Of a stretch of DNA of 64,000 nt, positions 37,111-49,992 are shown piece by piece. The notes below the pieces were generated by a model. That model had not been told where the DNA came from and ran no database searches. It saw nothing but the letters and a program-made list of their open reading frames with translations. Numbering within the stretch: position 1 is the stretch's first letter; every line of letters begins with the position of its first letter. Source of the stretch: Phallusia mammillata (lineage: Eukaryota); NCBI GenBank assembly GCA_965637545.1, contig OZ281495.1:26784001-26848000 (forward strand). The letters are read 5' to 3'. Both the position numbers and the translations under genes were made by a program.

Positions 37111-38809
37111 GCAAATGATTTAGTCGACTATTTCCCACACTATTTGTCCATATTGAGGTTTGGTTTAGCCAAATATTATCTAGATATGACACAGATTTTA
37201 CTATTTTGTTAAGTTTGCTGCATAGATTTTTCGATGGGGAGCCACAGGGCTTACAGGGGTTACTTATGGGGGTACGAAGTTCGAAAGTTATTTCGGGGGG
37301 TCAAGGTGCATGAAAGGCTGAGAGTCACAACTAAGAAATATACTTTGAATGAGATTGTCAAATTACCGAAATTTGGTAAATTCCAACTTGGTTCATGTTT
37401 TCTTTTTAATTTATCTTGATCTGGGAAGTAATTTACGTTAGGAACTAAGTGTCTAAGTATGATTTCTTGTCATAACAAAACCTCTTCCCAACCCTGACAG
37501 CCCCAACCGTTGAGATTTTTACACAATTATTGACAAATGTTCTTTGCGCCACCCATCGCCATTCAGAAATCGTTGTCTGATGTAAGTTTCTTACTTTAGT
37601 TGATTTGTTTCTTGTGAATAACGGTAACGGTCTGGTTTTGCTGTCGGTTTCAGGCACACACCAAATACTTGGCATTAAGCGTTGTATTTCCAAATACGGT
37701 TTAGAATTTTGATCGGTTGACCCCGATCATTTTTTATACAACAGTTAACCTAGTTTGTAATATTTTACCTATTGTTTGTGAACCTAGTTACAAGGTTGAA
37801 AATAAAAATGGTTCCTAGTTCGTTTTCACCTGAAATGACAATTTTTTTGAAACCCGACACTGAAAACAAATGTCGGAATTTAAAAAAAAAAGATCACAGT
37901 CACTTCAACTACGTATATAACAAATTAGTAAAATCTAGAACTATCTGAATGAATGTTTGTCACTGCTTCGCAAAAACGGGCCGATTTCGACGCTGGAAAC
38001 GCAATTTTCTGAAAAGAAAACTGCGCAAATGAAAACCGGAATGAGTCGCAGTGACACGGACATTCGTTCCACAGAGCACATAACATGGAAGTAGCCTACC
38101 TACTTGACAATCAAACTGTCAACTTTATACTACTTTAAAACCAGTGGCAAAATTTATATTTGTTTCTCATTGTGTGTTAACTTTAACTCCATGTGTGTTA
38201 AAACTAATGTGTTTAGTTCGCCACTTTTGTACTGGGCATTTCGCATCGGCAGATTTTATTACGTCACAGTTGATCAATGGCGTAACTGAGGTTAACTAGA
38301 TTGTACAGGTGATCGTTGCTGTTTACAACAAAGATGTTTGAATTGCTACAAAAAAACTCGGGGAACCGCTGCGGAACCCTTATAGACTTCACGGAACCCT
38401 GGTGAGTGTTGCAGGACCCTAGGATTCCGCGGAACCCTGGTTGAAGATCCCTGATCCATGATATCGAAGCTGCACAGATAAACAACAGCCGTCGCAGAAT
38501 AGGACCAAAATATTTAAAGGTAGATCAGTGACATGGGTTTGTAAATAAAACCACAACTTGTGACTAATTTATTTCTAAACGAAAAGACCACATTAATTTT
38601 TCAAGCATTTGCAACGCGATTTTTATGTTCATTAATAAACTGACATAATGTACAGAAAAAGAAGGTTATGGGGGTGTTACGAAAATGGACCTCAAGCTTT
38701 TTTAGACGGATTCACTGACATAAGGTTTAAGACAACGTACGGTACGCATGAACAGTACGGTACTGTGGTATTGTACTTGACAGTTTTTGACATTTGGTAC
38801 GGTATATAC

Positions 38810-39129
38810 CAGGGGTGGGCAACCTACGGCCCGCGGGCCGGATGCAGCCCGCGAGCAGCTTTTGAGCGGCCCGCGACTGGTATTTTAGTTTATTTGGCCG
38901 GACAGGATGTGTGTTAAATCCCATTTTTGTACGAAAGAGTTGTTACATTATACGTTAATAGGTATTAGTCTATAACTAAGAAGAGGCATTGTTACGTACA
39001 AAGACAAAATCATTGTGTATTTGACTTTGCCTGGCACTGCTATGTTATTGCATGACCATCGTTGCGGCCCGCCGACACAATATTTCGCTACGTTTTGGCC
39101 CGCACATGCAAAAAGGTTGCCCACCTTTG
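38810..39129. mobile_element. hAT MITE (CAGGGGTGGGCAACC, CGGCCCG family) inside an older GTACGGTAC-rich element (~38721-39201)
   Basis: TIRs CAGGGGTGGGCAACC/GGTTGCCCACCTTTG; TSD GTATATAC/GTAGATAC. Confidence 0.85.
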
Positions 39130-40066
39130 GTAGATACGGTTGTACGGTACGCTCTTAGCAACAAGGTACGTCGTACGTATCCTACCGCACTGCCATCCTT
39201 GGTTGACATACAACCTGATTTTGCTGACGTTTTATTGGTTTGGGTTTGAAACCGAAAATCTCGCTCAAACGGACGTTTTTGTTAGAGCTGAACACTGTTA
39301 TTATGGTATAAAATACAAAGTACCTCGCAGACATCGAAGCTCGTACAGTTTGTAAAGACCAGTTAACTGAACACTATCAGACTTAAAGCTGCTGTGATCG
39401 AGTGATTTGTTTTGGAATTGTAAACGACTGTCAGTCACACAATTTGCAAACAACCTAAAGGTCTGTTTAACTGCAATAAAAAAGTATGTATAAGGCAGCA
39501 AAATTTTGTTCAGCTAGCAGTATGAGACATTTACGATTGGATATCGTACTTAAGCAAGTGAATTGGTTTCACCAAGTATACACCAAAAAAGCTCCGAAGA
39601 TTCGAAATTGACTAATTTGTTTCCGGTCATGTTTAAGCGTCACAAAAGCAAGTCGTGCTGCAAATGCGTGTTCCATCGTTCAAAGTTACGGTGTTTTGAT
39701 AAATAATCACTCAGGACGTACGTTTCGAACAGAAAACGATTTGTTCACCCTGCCTAAAGTTAAGGTCTGGGTTTGTCAGTTTTCGCTTTGCTGGGGAAAA
39801 ACATACAGAAAAAACAAACTGTGTATCGCTTCCATTGCAACTTTCTGTGCAGAATTTTTGTAGAAAAAAGATACTAGGAATAAATTTGTTACATAACTAA
39901 CTTTTAAATTGTTTATATCAAAAAGGTCCATGTGGACGTTAACAGGCCCCTTTTCATTGAAATGTTTGTACATAAACGGTTAATTAAAGCTTGTAGTTTT
40001 GTTTTTAGCGTCGAGTTCGATATAGAATTAGTTATTTGCAAGAGAAAACAACTCATAAGCAAAAAA

Positions 40067-40957
40067 ATGAGCCAAACATCATTTAAGTTGTTCGAAACAG
40101 CATCCATCAGCGATCTTTATGCAAGGGGACGTCCAACTTACGAAGACAAAATAGCTCAATATATAGTTGGAAGTATCAAATCCAATATGTTGATGGAAAA
40201 CACGAACTGATGATAGAAGTTGGATGTGGTAGTGGTCAAGCTACCAATGTGTTGGCGCCTTACTTTCATAATGTTTTGGCTACTGACACCAGTGAAAGTC
40301 AAATTGCACAGGCAAAAACATTGAGTAAATTTGATCATATAAAGTACAAAGTGGGACGTGCTGAAGAAATTGATGCCAATGATTTGAGTGCTGATTTACT
40401 TATAGCTGCAGAATCTCTTCATTGGTTCGATGTGGAAAAGTTTTATGGTGAAGTTCTTCGAGTGTTGAAACCAGGAGGCTGTCTTGTCGTGATTGGATAT
40501 GTTCGTCCACAAATAACTCCTAAAACCAACACTGGCCATCAAAAGCATCTCACTTCGAGATTATCAGCTTCCAATGAAAAAGTGATCTTTGACAACACTA
40601 GCGAGAAACTGATTCAGTGTTATCGCCAATTAAAAAAACCACTATCCCAACATTTTTAAGGCAATACCGACTAAACAGAAATCAAGGGAGGTTTTTCATC
40701 ACATCTGCGACGATTGGGAAATACAGGACATCAAGGATTTTCTTAACTCAATGATATTAGAAAAAAATGATGTGGTTACAAAAGGTACTGAGGGAAGCGT
40801 ATTACGTAAATCAGAAAACGAATGTGCAAATGTAATTGATGATTTCGTGAGTAATGTAAACGAGATGCTTGAAAACAGCGGTATATCACCCGATTGTGTA
40901 GTTGCGTATGAAGCAGATTTTGAAATGTTTGTGATTACTGCCACTGATTTAATGTAA
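40067..40957 (+). pseudogene. Full-length methyltransferase copy with two single-base frameshifts (~40190, ~40635)
   Basis: MSQTSFKLFE..YARGRPTY, then a frame change, then IEVGCGSGQAT..AESLHWFD..RVLKPGG, then a frame change in an A-run, then an intact C-terminus. Confidence 0.85.
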
Positions 40958-42846
40958 AAGCGGCTTCTTTCATTTTGGAATCACATGTTAATTGCCATTT
41001 TAAACAAATATTCAATCATATTGTTCATTGTATTAATTTTTCCGCGTCAAGCATTTGAAAATGTTAACTATTAGCCCTGTTTTTTCCTATTAAAACTGCA
41101 TGGTTCTCGATATTATTTTCTGATGGATAGTACACTACAAAAATATTATACATGCTTCACCTTTTACGCCATATGTGCTTGTTTACTGTTAATACTTGCT
41201 GTGTGTAAAAATCAGTGTACATAAACTAAGTAAAAACTGACCTTAACATATGAACAGATTAGTTTATGCATATTTGGTACCGGCAATTTCAACTGAATGT
41301 ACAAACCAACTTTAGCAGGCAGTATATGTATAACATTGTAAAGCAACAAAATTTATGGCTTCTGTGCATTTATTTGTGACAAAATTTTAAACGATGACTA
41401 TTTTAACATCTTTGAATTTGTGTTGCAAGTCAACTTTCGTTTCCGCTCTATTATACACTAATGACAAGATTTCCACAAATTTTCGAAAACAGCCCATATG
41501 TAACTTATGAAGAAGTAATAAATTCATTTAATTTAGGAGACAAATTCAACGCTAACGTCCACGCATTCGTTTGTACCTAAATCCAGCAACAAAACCAGCC
41601 GGTATAACCTTTATTTACGTCTAAAAAACACACACGTCAAACCACTGAAATTATACACGTTTTTAAACAGGTGTGGCTGCCTAAAAAAAACACGATCACG
41701 GCTTGTAGGTATTGCTGACGAATGTTACCTCTTTCTTCCACCATAGTAACAGTGATCGCATTTAAACATTGATATCAACTCTGCAATACACGATCGTAAC
41801 TATATGTTTAATTTTGCTTGGTGCAACAGTGTCTCTGCCTTGAGCATTGGCCATTCGCTGATCGATATTAAGGCACATCGACGTCCAAAGCGTTGATGCT
41901 CTGGAATGGCTTTCATTAACTATATTTGTACACATTTAGGTTCGTTTATATTTAAATACATATAGCAATGCACGACTTTAGGACTACGATTTTTATTACT
42001 CTGCCCCGCATTCACCTAACGTTTTCAGTTAAACGTTTGAGATTTTGTCAGTTAAAAATGTATCGATATACGAGCGCCTTATACTGCAAACAAAACAGCC
42101 GCTTTAAGTATCAGTTGTCGGCCTACTTGAGTACCGAAATCGGTATCGCCAAAACCATATCGACCTGTCTCTAGATTATACCGTTATAATGTCATGGGCT
42201 GTTGCCGAAAAGTTTGAACAATAAAGCATGTCGATTTTTAGGTCAAAAGTAAGATATGGTAAAAAGCAAATTTAGACAAAGGGATTAAACCGAAAATCGA
42301 TTAATGTGTTAGTGCAATTCAAACTGTTTGCATGCTTTACCATATGCTATCCCTGTTTTTGCATCACAATCAGCCCAGCTCACTAAAAACATAAATGACT
42401 TCTTACTTCAGGTGCAACATGACTTACAACGTTGCTCCCAACAATGCCAAACAACCTGACATATGTTGGACACAACCAAAAAATACAAACAATAGTTCAA
42501 CAGTTTCGATCCAAATGGGTTGATCAAGTAAATATTTGTTCAACGTCTGAAAGGTGTCGACTGTTACAATGGCCTTGATAGGTTCAAGCAACATTGTCAG
42601 CAAAATCTTCTGGGCCGTAACGGCGGTTTGAACTGTCAGTCATACATGAATAACCACGCGTTAATCAAACCTATGCCCCAAACTTTTCACACTGCGAAAA
42701 ACGAAAAGGTGTGAACTAGTATCGGCTAGCGTATTTTGGGCAAAAACGCTTTTTTCCTTGTTTTTGAACGTTAAGTTCAGTTGAATTGCAGCGGAAGGGA
42801 GCTATTGGTTGTTATATAGTACTATTTGAATATTTTGGCAGCAAGA

Positions 42847-43752
42847 ATGGACCAAACATCACTACGGTTGTTTGAAAACCCAACTTTCAGTGACATATAC
42901 GCGAAAGGACGTCCTACTTACGAAAACAAAATAGCTCAGCATATAGTTGGAAAGATCCGATCTGACCTTAAGGGTAAAAAACACGAACTAATGGTGGAAG
43001 TTGCATGTGGCAGTGGACAAGCTACTAATGTGCTGGCTCCCTTTTTTCTGAACGTTCTTGCTTCTGACATCAGTGAAAGTCAAATTGCACAGGCAAAAAC
43101 ACTGTGTCAATTTGATCATATAAACTACCAAGTCGGAAGTGCTGAAAAAATTGATGCCAAAGATGCGAGTGCTGATTTACTGGTAGTTGCGGAAGCTATG
43201 CATTGGTTTCAAATCGACAGTTTTTTCTCCGAAGCACAAAGAGTGTTGAAGCCAGATGGCTGCCTTGCAGTTATTGGGTATGATGTCCCAAAAATAACTC
43301 CTAAAACCAATGCTGGCCTTCAAAGGCAGCTAACATCAAGTTTCCGTTACCACATGGAAAAGACAATCAACAACAACACTAGTGACAAATTGGTTCAAAT
43401 TTTTCGCGAAATAAAAGACAACTATCCTCAGACTTTTGAAGGTATACCGACAAAGCAAAAATCAAAAGAGATTTTTCATCAAATCTACGACAATTGGGAG
43501 CTAAAGGACATAACTGATGTTATGAACTCGATGATGTTGCAAAAGAACTATGCTATCACAAAAGGTCATGGAATTCTGCCACGTGATACTAAAGACGACT
43601 GCGCAAATGTGATTGATGTTTTTGTTTCCGATGTGAGTGAAATGCTTAAAGAGAGTGGAATATCGCCCGAATGCGTAATTTCGTATGAAGCAGAATTTGA
43701 AATGACCGTTATAACTGCCAGCGATTTTTTTTTAGAAAATACAAACTTATAG
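42847..43752 (+). CDS. SAM-dependent methyltransferase, intact copy 4, 301 aa from ATG 42847
   Basis: MDQTSLRLFE aligns with paralog starts; EVACGSGQAT, AEAMHWF, RVLKPDGCL. Confidence 0.92.
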   Translation: MDQTSLRLFENPTFSDIYAKGRPTYENKIAQHIVGKIRSDLKGKKHELMVEVACGSGQATNVLAPFFLNVLASDISESQIAQAKTLCQFDHINYQVGSAEKIDAKDASADLLVVAEAMHWFQIDSFFSEAQRVLKPDGCLAVIGYDVPKITPKTNAGLQRQLTSSFRYHMEKTINNNTSDKLVQIFREIKDNYPQTFEGIPTKQKSKEIFHQIYDNWELKDITDVMNSMMLQKNYAITKGHGILPRDTKDDCANVIDVFVSDVSEMLKESGISPECVISYEAEFEMTVITASDFFLENTNL

Positions 43753-43846
43753 ATGGGTGAAAAAAAGTTTCTACACCCATAAATGCATGAAAGTTTGTCG
43801 TACACGGATCGCTTTTTAGCTCGTCTTTGCTATGTAACGATTAAAG

Positions 43847-44137
43847 CAGGGGTTCCCAACCTGTGGTACGCGTACCACTAGTGGTTCGCGAAGGTTTTTC
43901 AGGTGGTACGCGAGTAGCTTCCGTTTTTTTCACAAAAGCCTGGTTTCGCAACTTTATAATTGTTTACAGTAAACAAAAATCTCATTCAATTTAATTGTGG
44001 TACTTTAGTGTTATTTAGTAGGCCATTCTTTTGAATGAATATGATTTGATCAAATTAGTTGTTCTGCAAGAAGTGGTACGCGTGACAGTGCAGTGCGTCC
44101 AAGTGGTACGAGATCGTAAAAAGGTTGGGAACCCCTG
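43847..44137. mobile_element. hAT MITE (same family as 22408)
   Basis: TIRs CAGGGGTTCCCAACC; perfect TSD GATTAAAG. Confidence 0.9.
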
Positions 44138-44622
44138 GATTAAAGGGTTTAATGCTTCGATTTAAAACTCGCTTTACATTTGTTTGACGTATTTGGCTCA
44201 ATTGCGCACAGACAACGTCTCCCAAATACGTGTATTTGTGATTACTGACTAACGTGTGTGTAACTCGTGTGTACAAGCAAAATCGTTTAATAAAACACAA
44301 ACCAATAATTTTCCGTTCCGAGTTTAGAAGACAAAATAGACCTAAAACACGATTCGCCCATTTTGTAATTGAGGTTTAAACAGCTCAATTGGTATTGCAA
44401 TATGGTACATTGCAGAGAAAACTGTTTAAGAAATTTCAAAAGTTCACAATGCCTATATGAGTATGTCAGTGTTTGCTTTGTAGAAAACATTTAAATAATA
44501 AAAACAAAACGTGGATTACTGGGAATTCTGAACATAACTCTACATCAACACTTGTACAAACCTTCGATTAGCCGCTTTACTTTTGGATCAAGCATGTAAA
44601 CTAATCCAAGCACATTGTAGGT

Positions 44623-44886
44623 CAGTGGTTCCCAACCTTTTTTGTCACATTCCTCCCTTTGCCCATTTTCACACTATTCATTCCTCCCCACAAGACGAAA
44701 AACAAACATAACATAAAAAATTATAGCAATTTGACATAGACCTTATAATTAGGGATGTCCATTTTAGAATCCTTTACAAATATTCTGTAACATTTTCAAT
44801 GTAATTTTTTTACAGTTTTTATAAATTCCTCCCCTGAAAACATAAAATTCCTCCCTAGGGGGGAATTCCTCCCCGGTTGGGAACTG
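44623..44886. mobile_element. hAT MITE (ATTCCTCCC family)
   Basis: CAGTGGTTCCCAACC..GGTTGGGAACTG; TSD TTGTAGGT. Confidence 0.75.
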
Positions 44887-47547
44887 TTGTAGGTCAATAG
44901 ATCTAAAAAATAAAAATAATGTATCAAAGGGAAAAACGACACGGTCGAGAAGACGTATTTACTTGTTGAGATGGAACACATCGAAATCGTATTTAAAAAG
45001 AATAAATCGATCGGTGAAAGAGACATACAGAATAACTACATTAGTAATAAACTTTACATATGCCAGGCAACAAAACTACGTTTATTGTTTGAAATGTTTT
45101 AAAAAGGTAGACAATTTTATTTTATTTCTAAGTTCTATACTATATATAAGTTATGGTAAACTTAATAACTACCAAGAATATAGTTTAACTATAGGACTAT
45201 ATCCTTGGCATGAATCAAGTTTATTATAAAAAAGACATGTGAGTTATGCAAAATATTGCTTCTATACACGGCTTTATTTATTCTTTTACATGCAAGGCTT
45301 CATTTTAGGTAATCCTCACTGAAAGCCATGATATGATTTGTCGTGTTGTATACCTAATACAGTATTTTTTTAATGGTTTTAGTCTACAGCTAAATCTGGT
45401 CTATGTAATAGCGCACTTAAATGTGCTTCAACTTATTTTGAAGTCTAAAAAAACACCCAATTATCACCTGTAAGACTCAAATATAGACATGATTTCATCA
45501 CACCATTAAATTCAGACGCGCTAATTACTATGGTATTAATTAACTGCGGTGGTGTAATTAGAAGACAGATGATGAATTTATTATCTTCACCGGTTCACCT
45601 CAGCATGAGGCCTAATAGCCCCTACAGTGCAAATATAATGACACCATAATATACACAATGTTGTCAGAACCCAAATAAAACGATAGATATATTTCATAAA
45701 CATTTAAATAGACCGGACGAAATCGGAATCAACAAAAAACAGCGTTGTTACCTTTCCAGTGCCATCCTCTACCTTTTCAAAAAATGATTACCAAATTGCT
45801 TATTATAGGCTACATCTTTACCAGCTGTAAACCACCTTATACTAGCACTAGATTAAAAAATTGCTGCCACGTTCAAAATTCTGCCAAACATAAGTTAATT
45901 GTTTGTGACGAACAATCGCAGCATTCTGTTACATGCGGGCTGTGACCAATTGAATTTTTTAAGGTTGGCATGTTGACAGTTGCACGGAAACAACGAGTAA
46001 GCATATATTTTCATTTTCGACGCAATCACAACAAACCAAAATGTGACAACAGTAGACTTTGTCTGCTTACGACCAAGTTAAGATGTTTGCTTAGAAGTGA
46101 GTTACGAGAATCGAGACATTTTGAGCGAACAAGAGTCCTTGAAAACATTTGTTTTGTACGTATCAGTGGGGTAAACGTAGACTACTAGACAGAAACTGGT
46201 TGAACTAAAGTTGTTTTAAGATAGGTCAGGGTGCCTGGAAAACGCTAGAAATGGTCACTCATAACAGACTACTAAAAGACACGACGTTTTACACCTCAAA
46301 CCGCCAACTGGTAATGTCAATTTCTGACGCCTGCTTAACGCGGTGACTATAGTAGTAGATGAGCTGACAGAATCAGGAAGCCAGTGGAAAACACGTCAGC
46401 CATCAACGAATTGGTTAATGTTTCAAACCACCTACGTATGTAAAGGCTTTGGTTACAGGTTGTGCCGTCTGTATTGTAGATTAGAGGACAGAAAACCGGA
46501 CAAATTTAGTTGAACTTAACCATGTTTAACATTGTTTTGACAGTTAATTACATGTGATGCTATTACGACACTCAGTGCTAGCAATATATTGGTCGTGTTT
46601 TGTTAGTCTTAAAGAGAGGTGTAGGCGTTTGCCGGCGACAAACAAAACATAGTGTGGACAGTAAATGTTTTCTGTAGCTATGTTGGGGCCAGACAGGAAA
46701 GTCGTTGTACAAAAGTGTTTTAGCTGCTCCTGCGGCAGGGAAACCCTTTGCGTTAACAATACATTTATAGGTCAGTAATGCACATTGGGGTGTTCATCAT
46801 GATGATAGTAGAAGTGCACGATCAATTGTATTTCGCGGTTCATACAAGGTATTTACATGCTTCCCCATGAATTATGAATATTGGCGTGGCAATTGTAGCA
46901 TATGTAACGGACGGACGAAAAAGATGGCCAGGCTGTCGCTTGGCAGCACATATAAACAAAAACGCAAAAGAAATAATGACAAAAGGGACGTATATCGGGT
47001 TGATGCAGTTTTAAGACGAAATTATGTAATCGGAAACGCACAAACCGTGGTAAATGTGAATGCAAAAGGTGTAGGATGGACCAGATGACATGTAAAACGT
47101 TTTCGCTCACCAGCTGCTATGACAAATTAGGAACATATGGAACTAATTTAATTTAATACAGTGCAAAAATTTTAAAAAATGGCAGATTGCTGTTTGGTGG
47201 ATAAACGTTCACATCATGCAGTTTAGCAGTTATCCAATATTTTATTTCATCAAGCAACGTACAGTCGGATTCTTGTGGGCCGCGATTTTCGTATTATCAC
47301 CAAGTGGATACCAGTACGCTTAATGAAGGGTGCACTGACTGGTATTATGCAACAGATGCAAGGCGATTAAGCCACCGTTGTGAGGCCTGATCGATGGCAC
47401 CATTGTAGATCTTACGCGGAGGGTCAGTTCAGAACAGTGTCGGCATTGATGAGTTGTTGGCGGTGCGCTGTAGGCAGTTGTGCTGAACTAGCAACTTCTA
47501 CAAGCGTTTTGCAAATGCTAATATTTTTTACACAAGGTACTATAGAC

Positions 47548-47773
47548 CAGTGGTTCTCAAACTTTTTTATTGTCGGGGTCAAATGGTAGTTTTTTAAGTG
47601 TGTATGGAGCCGCAAAAAACGAAAAATCAAGGTTATTACTTTCGAAAAATCAAGGTTATTACTTTAAAAGCTAAACTAGAAATGTTCTGTGGTTTTCTGA
47701 GGTTTGGTGGGAGCCGCAAAATAATTTATCGGGAGCCGCATGCGGCCCTGAGAGCCGCGTTTAAGCATCACTG
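47548..47773. mobile_element. hAT MITE (GGAGCCGC family; also at 56637 and 59809)
   Basis: CAGTGGTTCTCAAAC terminus; TSD CTATAGAC/CTACAGAC; reverse-complement match to the other two copies. Confidence 0.88.
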
Positions 47774-48048
47774 CTACAGACGTTCTATCTGGCATAAAGT
47801 GATTAGGTCGTCATAATAGTTTCATAAAATCGGATACAGATAATGACGTGAGGTCAGGGAAGTATAGCCAGCTTAAAATGATTGTTTATTGATGTTGTGT
47901 ATGATTTATGTGCAACTCAAACCGTCTTTAATTTTTTCTACTGACTAACAATATCCTGTTTAATATTTTTTCTAAAAGGTGTTTAAATCGTCCTGCATTA
48001 GGATTTAATTATTAGTCGTGCTGTAGAACTGTTAGTCTTTAAAAAGTA

Positions 48049-49011
48049 ATGGAGGGACAACAGGCTCCACCACAAGAAGTAGAGGAGGATCCCCTAGATT
48101 TGTTAAGCCCCGAAGACTTGCAAAAGTATGTTGACCAACTAAAGAAGGAGAATCTACTTTCTCGCACAAAGGTTGGTGGAATTAGCTGTTCTCAGAAAAT
48201 CGTTTTTGATAAAATGTGGTGAATATAATGCTTATGTGTGGTTTCTGCCCCTGTACATGTAACGAAAAAGTGGTTATGTCTGCGTATGCGGCACAGTTCA
48301 ATTCATAGATGAATATAGCATTCCGAATCGATAAACTCTGGCAAGGGTCACAAGAGCTTTAATCCCGAAAAGATTTTGGGATTACAAAAGGAACTGATCA
48401 CGGGTCAGCCATGTCAGGTTTTAATGGATTGAATTCGTGAGGGACTCTCGCCTGGTCGATATAGCGCTGTAGGCTTTTGACAATGGGCAAAGTTAAATAG
48501 TGGATCAATTTATATGTAGCCATCTTCCAGTTTCTGCTTACAAAGGGCAGTGAATATATTCAGCAGGCTATTTTAAATATGTAGATTGTGCTTAACGACT
48601 TTTTGGTCACAATCGACAATGACCCGACATGAAAACAGGAAACCACTGGTTACGTTACAGCCTTTGTGCTAAAGGCAAATGCCAAGCAAGGTTGTAAACA
48701 ACAAATAGGCCTAACGGGCATTCGTTTTTATTGAAATCTGGCAAAACAGTGATATAGCCTACAGCAGTTGTCAAGTAAAACAGTGCCTGGTTAATTTAAT
48801 TTTACCATTTAAAGCGTCCCGTGGCCTATAATACACGTGCAGTACCAAAAACAAACTGTATGTTACAACCGCTTCTTTCTTACAGACATCCGAGGGCTGC
48901 AAGGTGGTTATGGAATTCATTACAGAACGAATGCCAGAAGATCCTTTAATCATAGGAATCGATTCTAAAACCAATCCCTTTATCGAAAAGAGAGACTGTG
49001 TCGTTTTTTGA
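48049..49011 (+). CDS. Heterotrimeric G-protein gamma subunit, GNGT1/GNGT2/GNG11-like, 82 aa; join(48049..48171,48886..49011)
   Basis: MEGQQAPPQEVEEDPLDLLSPEDLQKYVDQLKKENLLSRTK|TSEGCKVVMEFITERMPEDPLIIGIDSKTNPFIEKRDCVVF*. Contains GGL motifs DPL and NPF, a C-terminal CAAX, and the classic G-gamma phase-0 intron. Not shown in the ORF track. Confidence 0.92.
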
Positions 49012-49992
49012 ACGCCGACCCTTTATAAATCAAAAACCCAAATCACAGTGTGCCGCTATGCGGTAAAGGTTTTCCACTGTGTTTCTACTTTTAAACCTAA
49101 TTTTTGTGCTTTTTGTAAAAACTATTTGTTTATTGGTCGAGTTTGTTTTCGAAACAAATTAAGTTATGTGTATTGTATATATTATGGCTTTTATAATTTT
49201 GATTTTTAATAGTTTTTTAAACTGCAATAATTAATCAGTTGGCTCTGGACAATTATGGCTGGTTTGTATATTTATTGGTTGGGAATTTTTCTGTTTCTTT
49301 TCGTCTCATCAGTGTTAACCTTGCTATTAATGACATTCCAAGACTTATCCATTTTTATAAAAGTATTTGTTAAAATAGAAGTGTTAAAGGTTTTAACTAA
49401 TTGTTTCTTTTATAAAAACTCTAGTGTACTTGTTTGTTAAAAGACTCGTTTTGTTACCTGTATATGTGCGGGCACACTTTGCGCTTAGTAAAACATATTA
49501 TTTTAACATCCTAAGCCTTCACATTGATTGTCGTGTCAGCGATTGCCACCAGCAAAACACAGCGTTAACTTCTTAGAAAAACACAGGCTTCTATATCCAA
49601 ACAGCATGTGTGGATGTAACCGCTTTTACATGTCGCAGGCCGCAATACAGCTGCAGACACCCTCTCCGTACGTCGCGTTTGGTTTTTGTTGACATGCACC
49701 GAAACGTACAGCAGAAGGCTCGTTCATTTTACTCTGTTCCTAGGCAGGGTTAATCACAACTCACACACCACACAAAACACAGAAAAAAAATCGGTGAACA
49801 ATAAATAAACAAAATTATTTTCACTTAAAATGCAGCAGTAAAAATGGTATCTCTTGGTTGTATTTGCACATTCTTCGTCTCGAGCAGCAAAACAGCATTT
49901 TCTGTCACAAAGAAAAGCGATTTATTGGTACCAGTTCTTATACACTTTTACAATGGTAAGTTACCTGGCAAACAAATAAGGATATCTGCGCG

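Noticed and set aside
40625-40645. Programmed ribosomal frameshift in the 40067 copy
   Set aside because: A second, earlier frameshift has no slippery site and the paralogs are uninterrupted. Simple indels are more parsimonious.
46544-47110. Short ORFs upstream of the G-gamma gene
   Set aside because: No domain, no consistent splice pattern. Likely regulatory or intergenic.
49290-49320. CTGATGAGACGAAA on the minus strand as another hammerhead
   Set aside because: No stem II between the core motifs and no stem I/III pairing.
49012-49992. miR-21 downstream of VMP1 as in vertebrates
   Set aside because: No TAGCTTATCAGACTG-like sequence or matching hairpin seen.
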